Positions 51,360 through 61,226 of a DNA stretch of 64,000 nt are shown here, piece by piece. The notes beneath the pieces were generated by a model, which was not told the origin of the DNA, searched no databases, and saw only the letters and a program-made list of their open reading frames with translations. The DNA comes from Convolutriloba macropyga (lineage: Eukaryota), in assembly GCF_964194025.1 (NCBI RefSeq), contig NC_134476.1, forward strand, positions 54,126,001 to 54,190,000, read 5' to 3'. Numbering within the stretch: position 1 is the first letter of the stretch; each line of letters begins with the position of its first letter. Both the position numbers and the translations under genes were made by a program.

Positions 51360-53570
51360 TTATACGGGAGAAATTGGATTATCTCCATTTTCTTCTATTG
51401 CAACATTGTTTTCATGTCTTTCATTTCTAATTGCACTATATAATGGGTGCGGAATATGTGGATATAGATTAAAGTGTGTTTCTTTCATTTCAGTTACTAA
51501 ATGTTCAGCATCATCTGGCTGTTTCTCATTGGTTGTCTCATTTTTAAAGATAGAAGTCATAATAGAAGTGAACAGAATATTGTAAGTGGCAAATAAGATG
51601 ATTTTGCCAAAATTAACAGAAGCTCCTGTTATTTTATGTATTTGTAGGGCTTTTACAATTGTTACAACAATTTGAATAATAAATTTCAAGAAAAGAAAAG
51701 CGGCAAAATAAATTCCACATTGCTCTAAGATAAATTGTGTATAACCGAACATTTCTATATAGCGGTTATCAAAGAAATTAGGAGAAATAAAAGAGTCTAA
51801 GTAGACTGTTCTCATTGGATAGTTAAGATAAGTTCTATCCTCACTTTTAAAATTATCTTGAGAAACAACAAGTTCTTTAGAGAAAGTTTGTATAGCATCT
51901 TTCATTTCGTTATTGAATTTAATTCCGCGCCAGAATTTCTTTAATTCTTGATCAGTAAATAAATATATTTCATCACTATCCTGGAATTTGTATTTAGTTA
52001 ATCTCTGTGGAGCAATATTAGGTTCAAAAACAGAGGGTCCTTTGACTCTAGTTATACCCGGTGTTAATTCAACCCAGGAGTTATCATCTTCAATATCTAA
52101 TTGAAATAAATTATCGTGTTTATCTACACATGATCGTTCTTCAGCGCTAGTGTATGTCTTTCTAGTAATTGGATCAACGAAATGTATTTTATTTTGATAC
52201 ATTATTGGAATTCTATTATAACATTTCTCCATAATTTGTAAGGGTGAAAAATACTGTGGGCAATGATATAGCCATGCAACATTATCATTAGTCTCTAAGA
52301 ACATTGAGCGATTATTTGTTAGTAAGAATCCAGCCATACGTGGATTACTATGCGAATAGACTAAATTTGTTCTCTTTATAGCACGTTCTAACTCACAATC
52401 GGTTTTTATCATTTGTAAATCTAAAAGCTGTAGTCTTCTTATATTAGTATATTCGTAATAGTCAAATTTCGTTCCCATATGGGCTTCATAATTTATTCCT
52501 GAGTGCAAATCAATATTTGGCTCTCCATTTGTATATGAAGTTCGTTTTACGAGCAATTTGCCTCTTGTGCTATTTACATAAGTATTTTTTTACAACATTT
52601 GGAATTGGTTTTTTGCCTTTCCTGTATCCATATCGAATCCTCCTTCATAATGTATATATAATGAGCTATAAGGAGTAGGATAAACTATTTTGTTTGAGTC
52701 GCAAATTGACTGTGGATTATTATAAATCTGAAAAATGAAAGTATTTCGTGGCCCTTTAAATGGTTGCGCACGTCTAATAACAGCTTCTGTTGATTCAGGT
52801 TCAGTTTCATATTCTCTTACTATATAATATTTTCTATCTATTTGTATCATTTTTACTGGAGCTGTGTGTAATTCTTCTATTATACAATTTTCTCTATTTT
52901 CCCATGTATATGCATAAGGATCAGTTGATCCACTGTCACAGCCATTTTTGTTTAGGCTACAAGGCAGAGGAATATTATAGTGGTTATTTACCGTTCCATC
53001 TTCTAAATTTACTAGTAATTTAATATCTTGCATATATGTCTCGTAAGTATCGTGGTAGATCCATCCTGTTTCTGTGCACTCATTACTGTATTTATCACTA
53101 ACGTCGCCCTTATTTATAACTGTTTGTTTCTTTACATTTTTTGTAAATGGAACTTTGTTAGTGTTAATAGTCGCGGAGCCTGTTTTCTTAGCTTCGAGAC
53201 ATTGCTCGGCTGTTAATTTAATATCTGAGCTAATAGTTGCTTGTGTAGCGGATAAACCACTATCGTCAAAAGTATCACAATACCACTTTAGGCGTTGATG
53301 TGTAGCTTTACACATAGTTGCTTCTAATTTAGTCTTATAATTGCGCTGCATAATAGTAGCAGTTGCCTCACTTACTTTTATTTTCTCAGTATCGATATCG
53401 CATGGAGCTATTTTGTTTAATGAGTACATTTTATTAGAATCTATTTTAGAACAATCAAAGTGTCCTACTTTTACTTTCTTTAGAGTATTTTTAAATTCGG
53501 AGTCTGCGTTGGCTCCATTTATTGAAAGTAGTGTGGAAATTATTAGAGGTACAATTACAGGTACTCTCAT
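51360..53570 (-). CDS. env: Env-like class III fusion glycoprotein (chuvirus/Monjiviricetes-like), ~736 codons, with one in-frame TAA at 52592-52590
   Basis: Signal peptide MRVPVIVPLIISTLLSINGANA. Cys pattern FDC, CKATHQRLKWYC, LPCSLNKNGC..YTW, CELER, LYHCP, CYNRIPI, FVDPITR. C-terminal TM. The two track ORFs are in the same frame, separated by a single stop. Confidence 0.85.
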
Positions 53571-53618
53571 ACTGAAAGGGTAGAAATTTGAACAAAGAAG
53601 AATTATAAATTTACTTAC

Positions 53619-53702
53619 TTCGATTATTTCGTCCAACACTTCTGGATCGGGCTCGGGGAACTGAAAGCTGGTTAGCTCAACTGTTTCTTGTTCTGAATTC
53701 AT
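53619..53702 (-). CDS. Predicted exon 1 of the spliced accessory protein (28 acidic codons)
   Basis: ATG at 53702, MNSEQETVELTSFQFPEPDPEVLDEIIE, then the consensus donor GAA|GTAAGT in phase 0. Confidence 0.6.
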
Positions 53703-53703
53703 C

Positions 53704-53922
53704 TTAATATTCAATTATGTTAGTGAAGGTATGAATGCTTGAAGGGATTTTAAATTCGAAGTTGAATTTTAAGGCAGCGAATAGACTTGATGTGTCTTTC
53801 ACTAGAAAAGTCTCTGTGGTTAAATCGGAAAAGAGGAAAGTAGCGTAAATAACGCTTAAGTCGTTAGCAGGAAAGAAAGTGGATTTCAATTTGGCTAGTT
53901 TGCCGTTGATTCTGATAAGCAT
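53704..53922 (-). CDS. 72 aa ORF just downstream of the internal promoter (uORF or small accessory protein)
   Basis: First ATG after the predicted TSS. Its TAA is followed after one base by the ATG at 53702. No recognisable motif. Confidence 0.35.
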   Translation of the reverse strand: MLIRINGKLAKLKSTFFPANDLSVIYATFLFSDLTTETFLVKDTSSLFAALKFNFEFKIPSSIHTFTNIIEY

Positions 53923-53949
53923 TTAAATGCTGACTAAGAGATGAAGAAG

Positions 53950-54240
53950 GAAGAATGATTTTTTGTGTTTTTGCTCCCTTATTTATAGTGTGCAAAATGG
54001 GCTGTTTCATCTCACTTTTAGAAATATGTCTCAAATATTCCCATTTTTAGTGACGGTTTCTGTCTTTTTATTGGCTGGGAAGATATTCCCATTTTTTAGA
54101 CCAGTTTGTGCAATTTCATTGGTTTTCATAGTTTGGGAATGTTTATCCCATTTTTCTATTCAAGTTTTCATTTTTTATTGGTTTTTAGAGTTGGAGTTTC
54201 TATTCTCCTTTTATTTATAAATGATAGAATTTGATTGGCT
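53950..54240 (-). promoter_or_regulatory. Predicted internal promoter between pol and env
   Basis: TATAAATAAG starts at 53987 and Inr TCATTC has its A at 53956 (-31 spacing). Four CCAAT boxes (~54070, 54118, 54177, 54234). TGGGA-N6/7-TCCCA at 54076 and 54134 plus two degenerate copies. Confidence 0.7.
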
Positions 54241-54276
54241 AATAATAAAATCTTTTTGTTCTGTGTATTTAAATTT

Positions 54277-57200
54277 TTATTTCTTTTTATCCTTTAAAGC
54301 GTCCCATGGAATAGGATCATTAAATAACTTTGTAGCAACTGCTTGTCTACCAGACCTTCTGGGTTCAGTAGGATATAATTTTTCATTTACTGATTTATTA
54401 GCTAGTGGGGTTGTAGGTTGTGTAGTAATGACTTGTGAACTACTCTGAAAGTTAAAGGGACTTATATCATGTGCTAATGGTTGGGGGGAATGAGGTGTTT
54501 GTGGATAACTAAGAGGTCCTCTTGGATATGGGGTAGATATATGCTGTGGCCTAAATGACTTACTAGGCGAAGTAACTTGCTGTTGTGTGTTAAATAATGT
54601 TCGGAGTCCTAATGTGTCAATGCCTGAATCAATCGGAGGGTTATTGCTACTACATCTAGTAGTAGTATTAGTAGAAGTAGTAGTAGTGGGTCTACTATTT
54701 GGGAGTTGCGGCGGCGTTTCAACATTGTTGAATACTGGCCAAGGCATATAGTGCATAAAATTACTAGGTTGGGTAGTATTAAATTTGTTTATGTAATGCC
54801 TGTTATAGTTATCATAGAATTGTTCGGGTTCAGCATATACAGTAGTATAATCGGCAATTAAGGGTTGTATTTCTCTTTCCTTCGGAAAATATTCTACTAT
54901 ATGGTTTCTATGCACTACTCTTTTTTGTTGCGTCTCGTCTCCTTGTATTTCATATGTTGTATTAGTTATATGTTTTGTAACAGTGTATGGACCGGACCGA
55001 AGTGATTGTAGCTTCTTAGATATAAGCAAGCTCTTAGAATGATTTTCTAGTAGGACTTTGCTTCCAATGCTGATTGGTCGTCCGAGCTTAAATCTATTCC
55101 TATATTCATGGGCTTTATTTGTAACTTGACGACAACGAGTATAAGTATTGCAATATATGTTCTTAAAATCTGTTTCGCGTTGTAGTACAGTATTGGATAA
55201 TCTATTTTGTAGTAGATTATCTACCTTTTCGTTTTTACACGAATTTTTACAATGTGTATGCGACGGCAAGTCCTGACAATATTGAGATATACAATTCTTC
55301 TTATTATCCCGCAGCAATCCTAGTCTAAGTGAAATAGGTATTTGTGGCTTTATTCCAAATATAATCTCGTACGGCGTATAACCAGTACTATAATTCACTG
55401 CTGTATTATGCGCAAATGCAAATTTGTCAACAAATTTTGCCCAATTGTTTCCAGTAGTATTTAGAAAGTGTCTAAGATAGTTTGTAAGGTGCTTATTTTG
55501 AATTTCTACTTTCCCGTTAGTCCAAGGGGAATATGCTGTTCGTGGCCTCAGTGTAATTCCAAGCTCAAAAGTCCAGTTTACAAAATCACTACTCATAAAA
55601 GCAGTACCGTTATCATGTACTATGTGCTGAGGTATTCCGAAGATAGTTATAAATTTCTCCATTTGTTTTATAGTCTCGTCAGAAGTAGCGGACTTAACAG
55701 CATATACTTGTACATATCTAGAGAATGAATCTACAACTACAAGACAGTAGTGTTTGCCATTACTAGAAGGCCGAAAAGGTCCTTTATGGTCTATATGTAT
55801 AGTGTGGAAGGGAGTTGTCTCCAATTCGCCCCATTGTTGTAAGGGTGCTTCGTTTAAATCGTGTCTTTTACTTTTATTCTTTTGACAATCTAAACAATCG
55901 TGGATTAACATAGTAACCCATTTGTACATTCCGGGCCAGTAAAAGAATCTGGATATATTGTTTAATGTACTAGCATCGCCACGGTGGCCACTCATAGGGT
56001 TACTATGTGCTAGCTCGAAGCACTTTAGAAATAGTGAGATAGGAATACATATCTTTAGTTCGAAGGAACCATTCTCATTAGGTTTATTGTAACATAGTAG
56101 TTTATAACTCTCATCTAGTAATAATAACTTATATATACTCTTGTAAGCTTTTAATGCTTTACATTGTCGAGTCATATAGTAGTGTTCAGGTTCTTTGCCT
56201 GATTCTATCCATTTCCGTACTATATGTAATACAGGGTCTTTATTTTGTTCTTGTAGTATAGTGTCAATATCTAGTTGTGCCTTTTTAGCAAATTCAGTTA
56301 ACTTCGTTAGCAAATCAGAGCAATCTGATTTGACATTCTCATTATGTAGTGCTGTTGACTCTATAATAGTATAATGCTTTGTACGCTCCTTGTAGATTTC
56401 TTTTGCCTTCTCTAGTGCATGTATTAATGTTGGATCGACTAAATTATCTATAACATCACTAAATTCGTCGTCATTATATCCTGAGTCGTCCAATTCTACA
56501 TAGTTTACTTCTTCTTGTATTTCACTATATGTATTGTCCGATTGTTTACTATCTGTGAGCTTAACTATTTGATTTATATTTTTGCCAAATTTGAAATAGT
56601 CGGCTACATTATGTATAGCATTACAAGAGTCTGTAAATCCTTCGGGTGCGTCAGAAATACTAAAATCATTATCCGATATATTCATTACTTTTCTTGTTCC
56701 ACCTTGTACTTGTGCTAGTATAGGATAAGAATCGTTAGACGAGTTTGTTTTATCCTCTTTGTGCAATACAGAGTAAGAGACTGGCTTTAAATCCGAAGTG
56801 TAGAAATTTATATCCTTAGGTATTGTTTTATGTTCAATCTGAAATTTCTTCGCTTCCTCTATTGGGACTTGTCGACTCAGTAAATCAGGAAATGCTAAGT
56901 TCTTGCCTTCGGTGTATATAATTTTTAAGTTCTGGAATTTAGTTAGGACGACTTGATATTTGAAAAATCTGTGCGAAAGTTGTCCGCGCCTAGACCATAA
57001 AAATAGTATTGGCCTGTGATCGCAAAAGAGGTATATGGGAAATGGCGATCCTATTAAATAGAATTCATACGTTTGTAGTGCGGATATAATTCCGCATAAT
57101 TCTCTATGCTGTGGGGACATTTTCTGTTCAGCTTTGTCGAATACTCTAGAGTTCGCTGATACAATTCTTTTTCTATCAGGGAATTGTTGTATAAGTATAC

Positions 57201-59940
57201 AACCAGTGCCTAAGTTAGACGAGTCAGCATGTATATGAAATGGGTAGTTCGCATTTGGAATTGCTAGTGATATATCATGTACGAACTTTTCTTTTAGTAT
57301 ATTGAATACTTTCTCGTGTTCTTCTTGCCATTTGAAATTTACATCGCCTCTTGTTAAATCGTACAAAGGCTTAGCATCTATATGAAAATTTATCACATAG
57401 TTCGAGTAGAATCCCATTGCTCCTAATACGCTAAGAACGTCAGTTTTTGATTCGGGAGTCTTTAAGTTTCTAATGTCGTCAATACGCGATATAACTGGGG
57501 AAAGTGTATTTTCTGATATAACGTGTCCGAGAAATTTTACTTTTCGTAAGAAGAACATTGTTTTATCCGGTGCGGCTTTTAAGTTAGCCTTTCTTAATAG
57601 AGCATGATATTCTTTTATTATATTGAACATTTCCTCTTTAGTATTAGATTGTAGTAGTGTATCGTCAATATATGTAATAGCCTTCTTTTCTTTTATAAGA
57701 GGTCCGAATGCATAGCGCATTAATTTACTAAAGAAATTGGGTAGTGGTTTTAATCCGTAGAAGCCGACTTGATAAGTATACTGTCTTCCTCCTATTATAA
57801 ATCCTGTTAACTTTTGTGTTTCGGGCGTTAGCGGCACTTGATGATAAGCACAAGAAAGGTCGCTGCTTGTAAAATATGATCCATTCACTCGGGTTATTAG
57901 GACTTGTAGTGGTTCTAACGGCCAACTTGAATTACTTGTGTCAGTAATAGAGTTTAGATAACGAGCATCTATTACTAGTTTGACGTAATCCTTCTTAGGA
58001 AGGATTATGATCGGGTTAACGAACCAGCTATTCATATCGTCATGTTCATCTAGTTCTCTTATAATGCCTGCTTGTATTAACTCGTCCATCAGTAATTCGA
58101 GTTTATCCCTTAAATGGAAGGGTACTTTACTAGGTCTTTGCTTTTTGAATTCTGCATTTTTTATTAGGGATATATTAAATTGTTGTTTAGTACGGCCAAT
58201 GTCATATTTATGATGTGAATATACATCGTTGTCTGTAAGCAGTATATCTGCAAGTCGAAAGAATTCGTTCTCAGTCAAGTCGGTTTGTGTAAAATCGAAT
58301 TTTTGTAGGAATTCCATTTTATTGAAGTGAGTATTTTGTCCAGCATGTACACTTGTAGTAAATTTATCTATTAATTCTTTTACTTGATATTTTGAGCGGA
58401 ATATTGGAAATTGTTCTCTTGATTTGGGTTGGCATATCCTTTTTGCCTCTTTAGAAAAGTCAGTGGCAATATCATCCTCGCTTTTACATTTCTCCACTAG
58501 TTCTCCTGCGGATAGCTCCATTATTTCGGCGATATGCTCGTCAGTGAGAGGACGATTTTCTATATTGTTTATTAACTGTAATTCTTTGCCACTAATGTAT
58601 ACATAAATAGTTATTCCCGTGTGCTTAAAGTGTTCTTCTAGTTCTTTAGCTATTCTTTTCCACAATCTGGGGTCTCCGCCACATGCTATCTTAGGCATAG
58701 CAATACACCTTATTCCGTCAAGCATAAGTGTCTTTTGTAGTTCACAAAATACTGAACAAGTTTTACTTGCTTCGTATGGGGGAGAGTTATAATATTCCTT
58801 CATTACAAGACTATATATAATCTGCTGACTATACTCATCTTGAAAATGTATTAGTTCGTGGTCTACCTTATTCTCCGATCCTATACTTTTAAAGTATTGT
58901 AGAATATTCCTCTTTAAGTTGGGGTATCTTTTAATAAGGGAGGCAGTAAAGCCTTTGTCTAATACTAAGTCTCTAGATATAGTATGGATAATAGGCATAT
59001 TAGCGTCGAATATCGAATGTTCGTCAAAGTTAATATACCTAATACACTCAGCAGTTAGGTCAGTGGATTCGGATATAGTATTTGTAGTTGTATTTAGCAT
59101 AAAACAACTATCAAGCTCTTCGCATTTATTTATAACAGAATAAGTAAATTCGTTGCAGTCACGAATACTGTATTTTTGTGTATTGTTTGTAATATCACAT
59201 ATAGTAAATCCAATTATCCCTTTATTTAGTGTAACTTGATGATTTTTGTGGTTTTCGATGAGCAGGGGAATTTGTTTTTCGTTCTTAGTACAAATAGTAT
59301 TTATAAAGCACAACTCGGTTTTTACTGTAGTCCTATTAGGTACAAAAGAAGTGCCTTTCGGAAATATATCTTGCTCACTACACTTGTGCTTGTAGAGAAA
59401 TGTAGACTTAGGTGGGATATATAGAGGCTGGTGTATTATCACTGCGTTCAATTTAGAGACTTGGGGATATTCCTTTTCATTATTTAGCGAGCCATAACTA
59501 AGAACTCCTTTATCACTAGTCTTCAGTTTTACTGCTGGAATATCAAAGTATAATGCTTTAAGAAATGTATGACAAAAATCTACTCCTAATAAATTAGAAG
59601 TTTTCTCCTCAGTAACCCATACTCTATGATTTGCTTTATATTTCCCGTCTGTATCAAAGTATGAAGTTAGTATAGTGTAGCCTATCATGCGTATTTCGGA
59701 ACCGTTATAGGTTCTTGTTTTATTGCCTGAAGTCTGGATATTTATTTGTTGTCCCAATTGGTTAAGCTCAAGAAATGTTGGGTAATTTATTATAGTGCAA
59801 GTTGATCCTGGGTCGATCATGAATTCTATTTCTAAGCCACTATGTTTTTTATTGTCTCCGGTAGCAAAGTGATATAAGTTCAAGAAAATTCGGGCTTTGG
59901 GATTTGATGTGATATTCTTATTTTTCGGAGACCGTATTAG
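54277..59940 (-). CDS. pol: Pol via -1 frameshift: protease, macrodomain, RT, RNase H, integrase
   Basis: IDPGS protease site, TARG1-like macrodomain at ~59043-58597, RT YIDD at 57672-57661, RNase H ADSS/RELCG/DHRP, integrase HHCC, D-D-E and GPY. The frame is open up to the slippery site. Confidence 0.96.
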   Translation of the reverse strand, partial: LIRSPKNKNITSNPKARIFLNLYHFATGDNKKHSGLEIEFMIDPGSTCTIINYPTFLELNQLGQQINIQTSGNKTRTYNGSEIRMIGYTILTSYFDTDGKYKANHRVWVTEEKTSNLLGVDFCHTFLKALYFDIPAVKLKTSDKGVLSYGSLNNEKEYPQVSKLNAVIIHQPLYIPPKSTFLYKHKCSEQDIFPKGTSFVPNRTTVKTELCFINTICTKNEKQIPLLIENHKNHQVTLNKGIIGFTICDITNNTQKYSIRDCNEFTYSVINKCEELDSCFMLNTTTNTISESTDLTAECIRYINFDEHSIFDANMPIIHTISRDLVLDKGFTASLIKRYPNLKRNILQYFKSIGSENKVDHELIHFQDEYSQQIIYSLVMKEYYNSPPYEASKTCSVFCELQKTLMLDGIRCIAMPKIACGGDPRLWKRIAKELEEHFKHTGITIYVYISGKELQLINNIENRPLTDEHIAEIMELSAGELVEKCKSEDDIATDFSKEAKRICQPKSREQFPIFRSKYQVKELIDKFTTSVHAGQNTHFNKMEFLQKFDFTQTDLTENEFFRLADILLTDNDVYSHHKYDIGRTKQQFNISLIKNAEFKKQRPSKVPFHLRDKLELLMDELIQAGIIRELDEHDDMNSWFVNPIIILPKKDYVKLVIDARYLNSITDTSNSSWPLEPLQVLITRVNGSYFTSSDLSCAYHQVPLTPETQKLTGFIIGGRQYTYQVGFYGLKPLPNFFSKLMRYAFGPLIKEKKAITYIDDTLLQSNTKEEMFNIIKEYHALLRKANLKAAPDKTMFFLRKVKFLGHVISENTLSPVISRIDDIRNLKTPESKTDVLSVLGAMGFYSNYVINFHIDAKPLYDLTRGDVNFKWQEEHEKVFNILKEKFVHDISLAIPNANYPFHIHADSSNLGTGCILIQQFPDRKRIVSANSRVFDKAEQKMSPQHRELCGIISALQTYEFYLIGSPFPIYLFCDHRPILFLWSRRGQLSHRFFKYQVVLTKFQNLKIIYTEGKNLAFPDLLSRQVPIEEAKKFQIEHKTIPKDINFYTSDLKPVSYSVLHKEDKTNSSNDSYPILAQVQGGTRKVMNISDNDFSISDAPEGFTDSCNAIHNVADYFKFGKNINQIVKLTDSKQSDNTYSEIQEEVNYVELDDSGYNDDEFSDVIDNLVDPTLIHALEKAKEIYKERTKHYTIIESTALHNENVKSDCSDLLTKLTEFAKKAQLDIDTILQEQNKDPVLHIVRKWIESGKEPEHYYMTRQCKALKAYKSIYKLLLLDESYKLLCYNKPNENGSFELKICIPISLFLKCFELAHSNPMSGHRGDASTLNNISRFFYWPGMYKWVTMLIHDCLDCQKNKSKRHDLNEAPLQQWGELETTPFHTIHIDHKGPFRPSSNGKHYCLVVVDSFSRYVQVYAVKSATSDETIKQMEKFITIFGIPQHIVHDNGTAFMSSDFVNWTFELGITLRPRTAYSPWTNGKVEIQNKHLTNYLRHFLNTTGNNWAKFVDKFAFAHNTAVNYSTGYTPYEIIFGIKPQIPISLRLGLLRDNKKNCISQYCQDLPSHTHCKNSCKNEKVDNLLQNRLSNTVLQRETDFKNIYCNTYTRCRQVTNKAHEYRNRFKLGRPISIGSKVLLENHSKSLLISKKLQSLRSGPYTVTKHITNTTYEIQGDETQQKRVVHRNHIVEYFPKEREIQPLIADYTTVYAEPEQFYDNYNRHYINKFNTTQPSNFMHYMPWPVFNNVETPPQLPNSRPTTTTSTNTTTRCSSNNPPIDSGIDTLGLRTLFNTQQQVTSPSKSFRPQHISTPYPRGPLSYPQTPHSPQPLAHDISPFNFQSSSQVITTQPTTPLANKSVNEKLYPTEPRRSGRQAVATKLFNDPIPWDALKDKKK

Positions 59941-61226
59941 TTTAAAGGAAATAAATCTGAGATAGCGTCACAATAGTCAACATTGTTTTCTTCCTGTTGA
60001 ATCCAACCAACGTTGTTTTCATTTTGCGTATTATATGACTTTGTCTCTTGTTGTAAAGTAGGCCTTGTATTACTATGGGCTTGATTTCTATTGAATTGGC
60101 TGTTTTCACGCTCATAAAATTGTTTAGCAGCATATTCATTTTGCCGAAATGAATTTTCTCGGGGGAATCTTTGGTCATATTGCTTATTTTGGTTAAATCT
60201 ATTGCCGTACTTGTAGCCGCTCTGGTTATTATAAAAGGAATTTGGGTTTTGGGCTCTGTTATTATAACTATTATTCCTACTATTGTATTGGTTGTTATTC
60301 CAAGCACCTCGTCTGTAGTTATTACTAAATGTAGGCTTAGTCTCTTTTTGCTCTAATAATTCCTTTCTAATCTTTTGTACTTCGTCGTCTAACTTCTTTT
60401 TGTTACAGGTAGAAATAGAGTGTCCGTGGTTTCTACAATACTCACAGAACCTAGTATTATTGGCTCGTCCTTTTATATTCGGGTCTCTATTGAAGTTGCT
60501 TGTATTTTGTATAGCACTTACTTCATTACTTTTTATTAAGCTTGTAAGTTCCTTAATTTGTGTCTCTAAGGACGATATTTTGTCTGAAGGTTGTTTAGCC
60601 GAATTCTCATTAATAACTATACAAGTTAAATCTTGTGTTATCAGATGTTCTTTTAAATCGTCCCAACTTTCGTTAGGTTTCTTAATACGCCGTTCATGTG
60701 CTTTTCGCTTTAATGAGGGGGGTTGCAGTCCCCTTATAGCAAAATCTATATATTTCTGTTCTCTTTGTCTAGATTGTATTACTGCTTCTTGCGCTCGATC
60801 AGCATTAGCTACATTTGTTAAGTCTTCTGGCCAACCTTTATCAACCGCGTGCTTGACTCTATGAAAATAATTTTTTATTAATTCGCCTTCTTGTCTAGAA
60901 GCATTTTCTACTTCTAATCTATGCTTAAATTTATCACGACCGTCAGTAAATCTATCAAGAAAGTCATTTTTAATATCATTTAAGACTTTAGCCTCATCGA
61001 TAGTATTAAAACATTCTAAGGCTGTATCGGTTAAAAGGGACCCAAATAGAGATCTCTGTCTATTTTCATAACTCTTTTTCTTATCAGGATCAGTAGGAAC
61101 AACTCCTAACGAAAATTTTACTTTTTGATCAACAGAATTCCAAAAGTCAAGAGCACTCTGACTGGGATCGTTACCTGAAAAAGTAGTTAAAGACACATTA
61201 CTCAAAGAAATAGGAGCATCAGCCAT
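59937..61226 (-). CDS. gag: Gag (429 aa) with CCHC zinc knuckle and N/Q-rich tail
   Basis: CEYCRNHGHSISTC (CX2CX4HX4C). The ORF ends at the T TTA AAC TAA slippery site. Confidence 0.92.
   Translation of the reverse strand: MADAPISLSNVSLTTFSGNDPSQSALDFWNSVDQKVKFSLGVVPTDPDKKKSYENRQRSLFGSLLTDTALECFNTIDEAKVLNDIKNDFLDRFTDGRDKFKHRLEVENASRQEGELIKNYFHRVKHAVDKGWPEDLTNVANADRAQEAVIQSRQREQKYIDFAIRGLQPPSLKRKAHERRIKKPNESWDDLKEHLITQDLTCIVINENSAKQPSDKISSLETQIKELTSLIKSNEVSAIQNTSNFNRDPNIKGRANNTRFCEYCRNHGHSISTCNKKKLDDEVQKIRKELLEQKETKPTFSNNYRRGAWNNNQYNSRNNSYNNRAQNPNSFYNNQSGYKYGNRFNQNKQYDQRFPRENSFRQNEYAAKQFYERENSQFNRNQAHSNTRPTLQQETKSYNTQNENNVGWIQQEENNVDYCDAISDLFPLN

Noticed and set aside
51360-53714. Two separate genes (398 aa and 374 aa) as given in the ORF track
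   Set aside because: They are in the same frame and separated by one TAA. The signal peptide is in one and the TM anchor in the other, so this is a single env.
60400-60864. 154 aa antisense ORF in gag and other antisense ORFs in pol/env
   Set aside because: TTG/GTG starts, no motifs; expected shadows of long coding frames.
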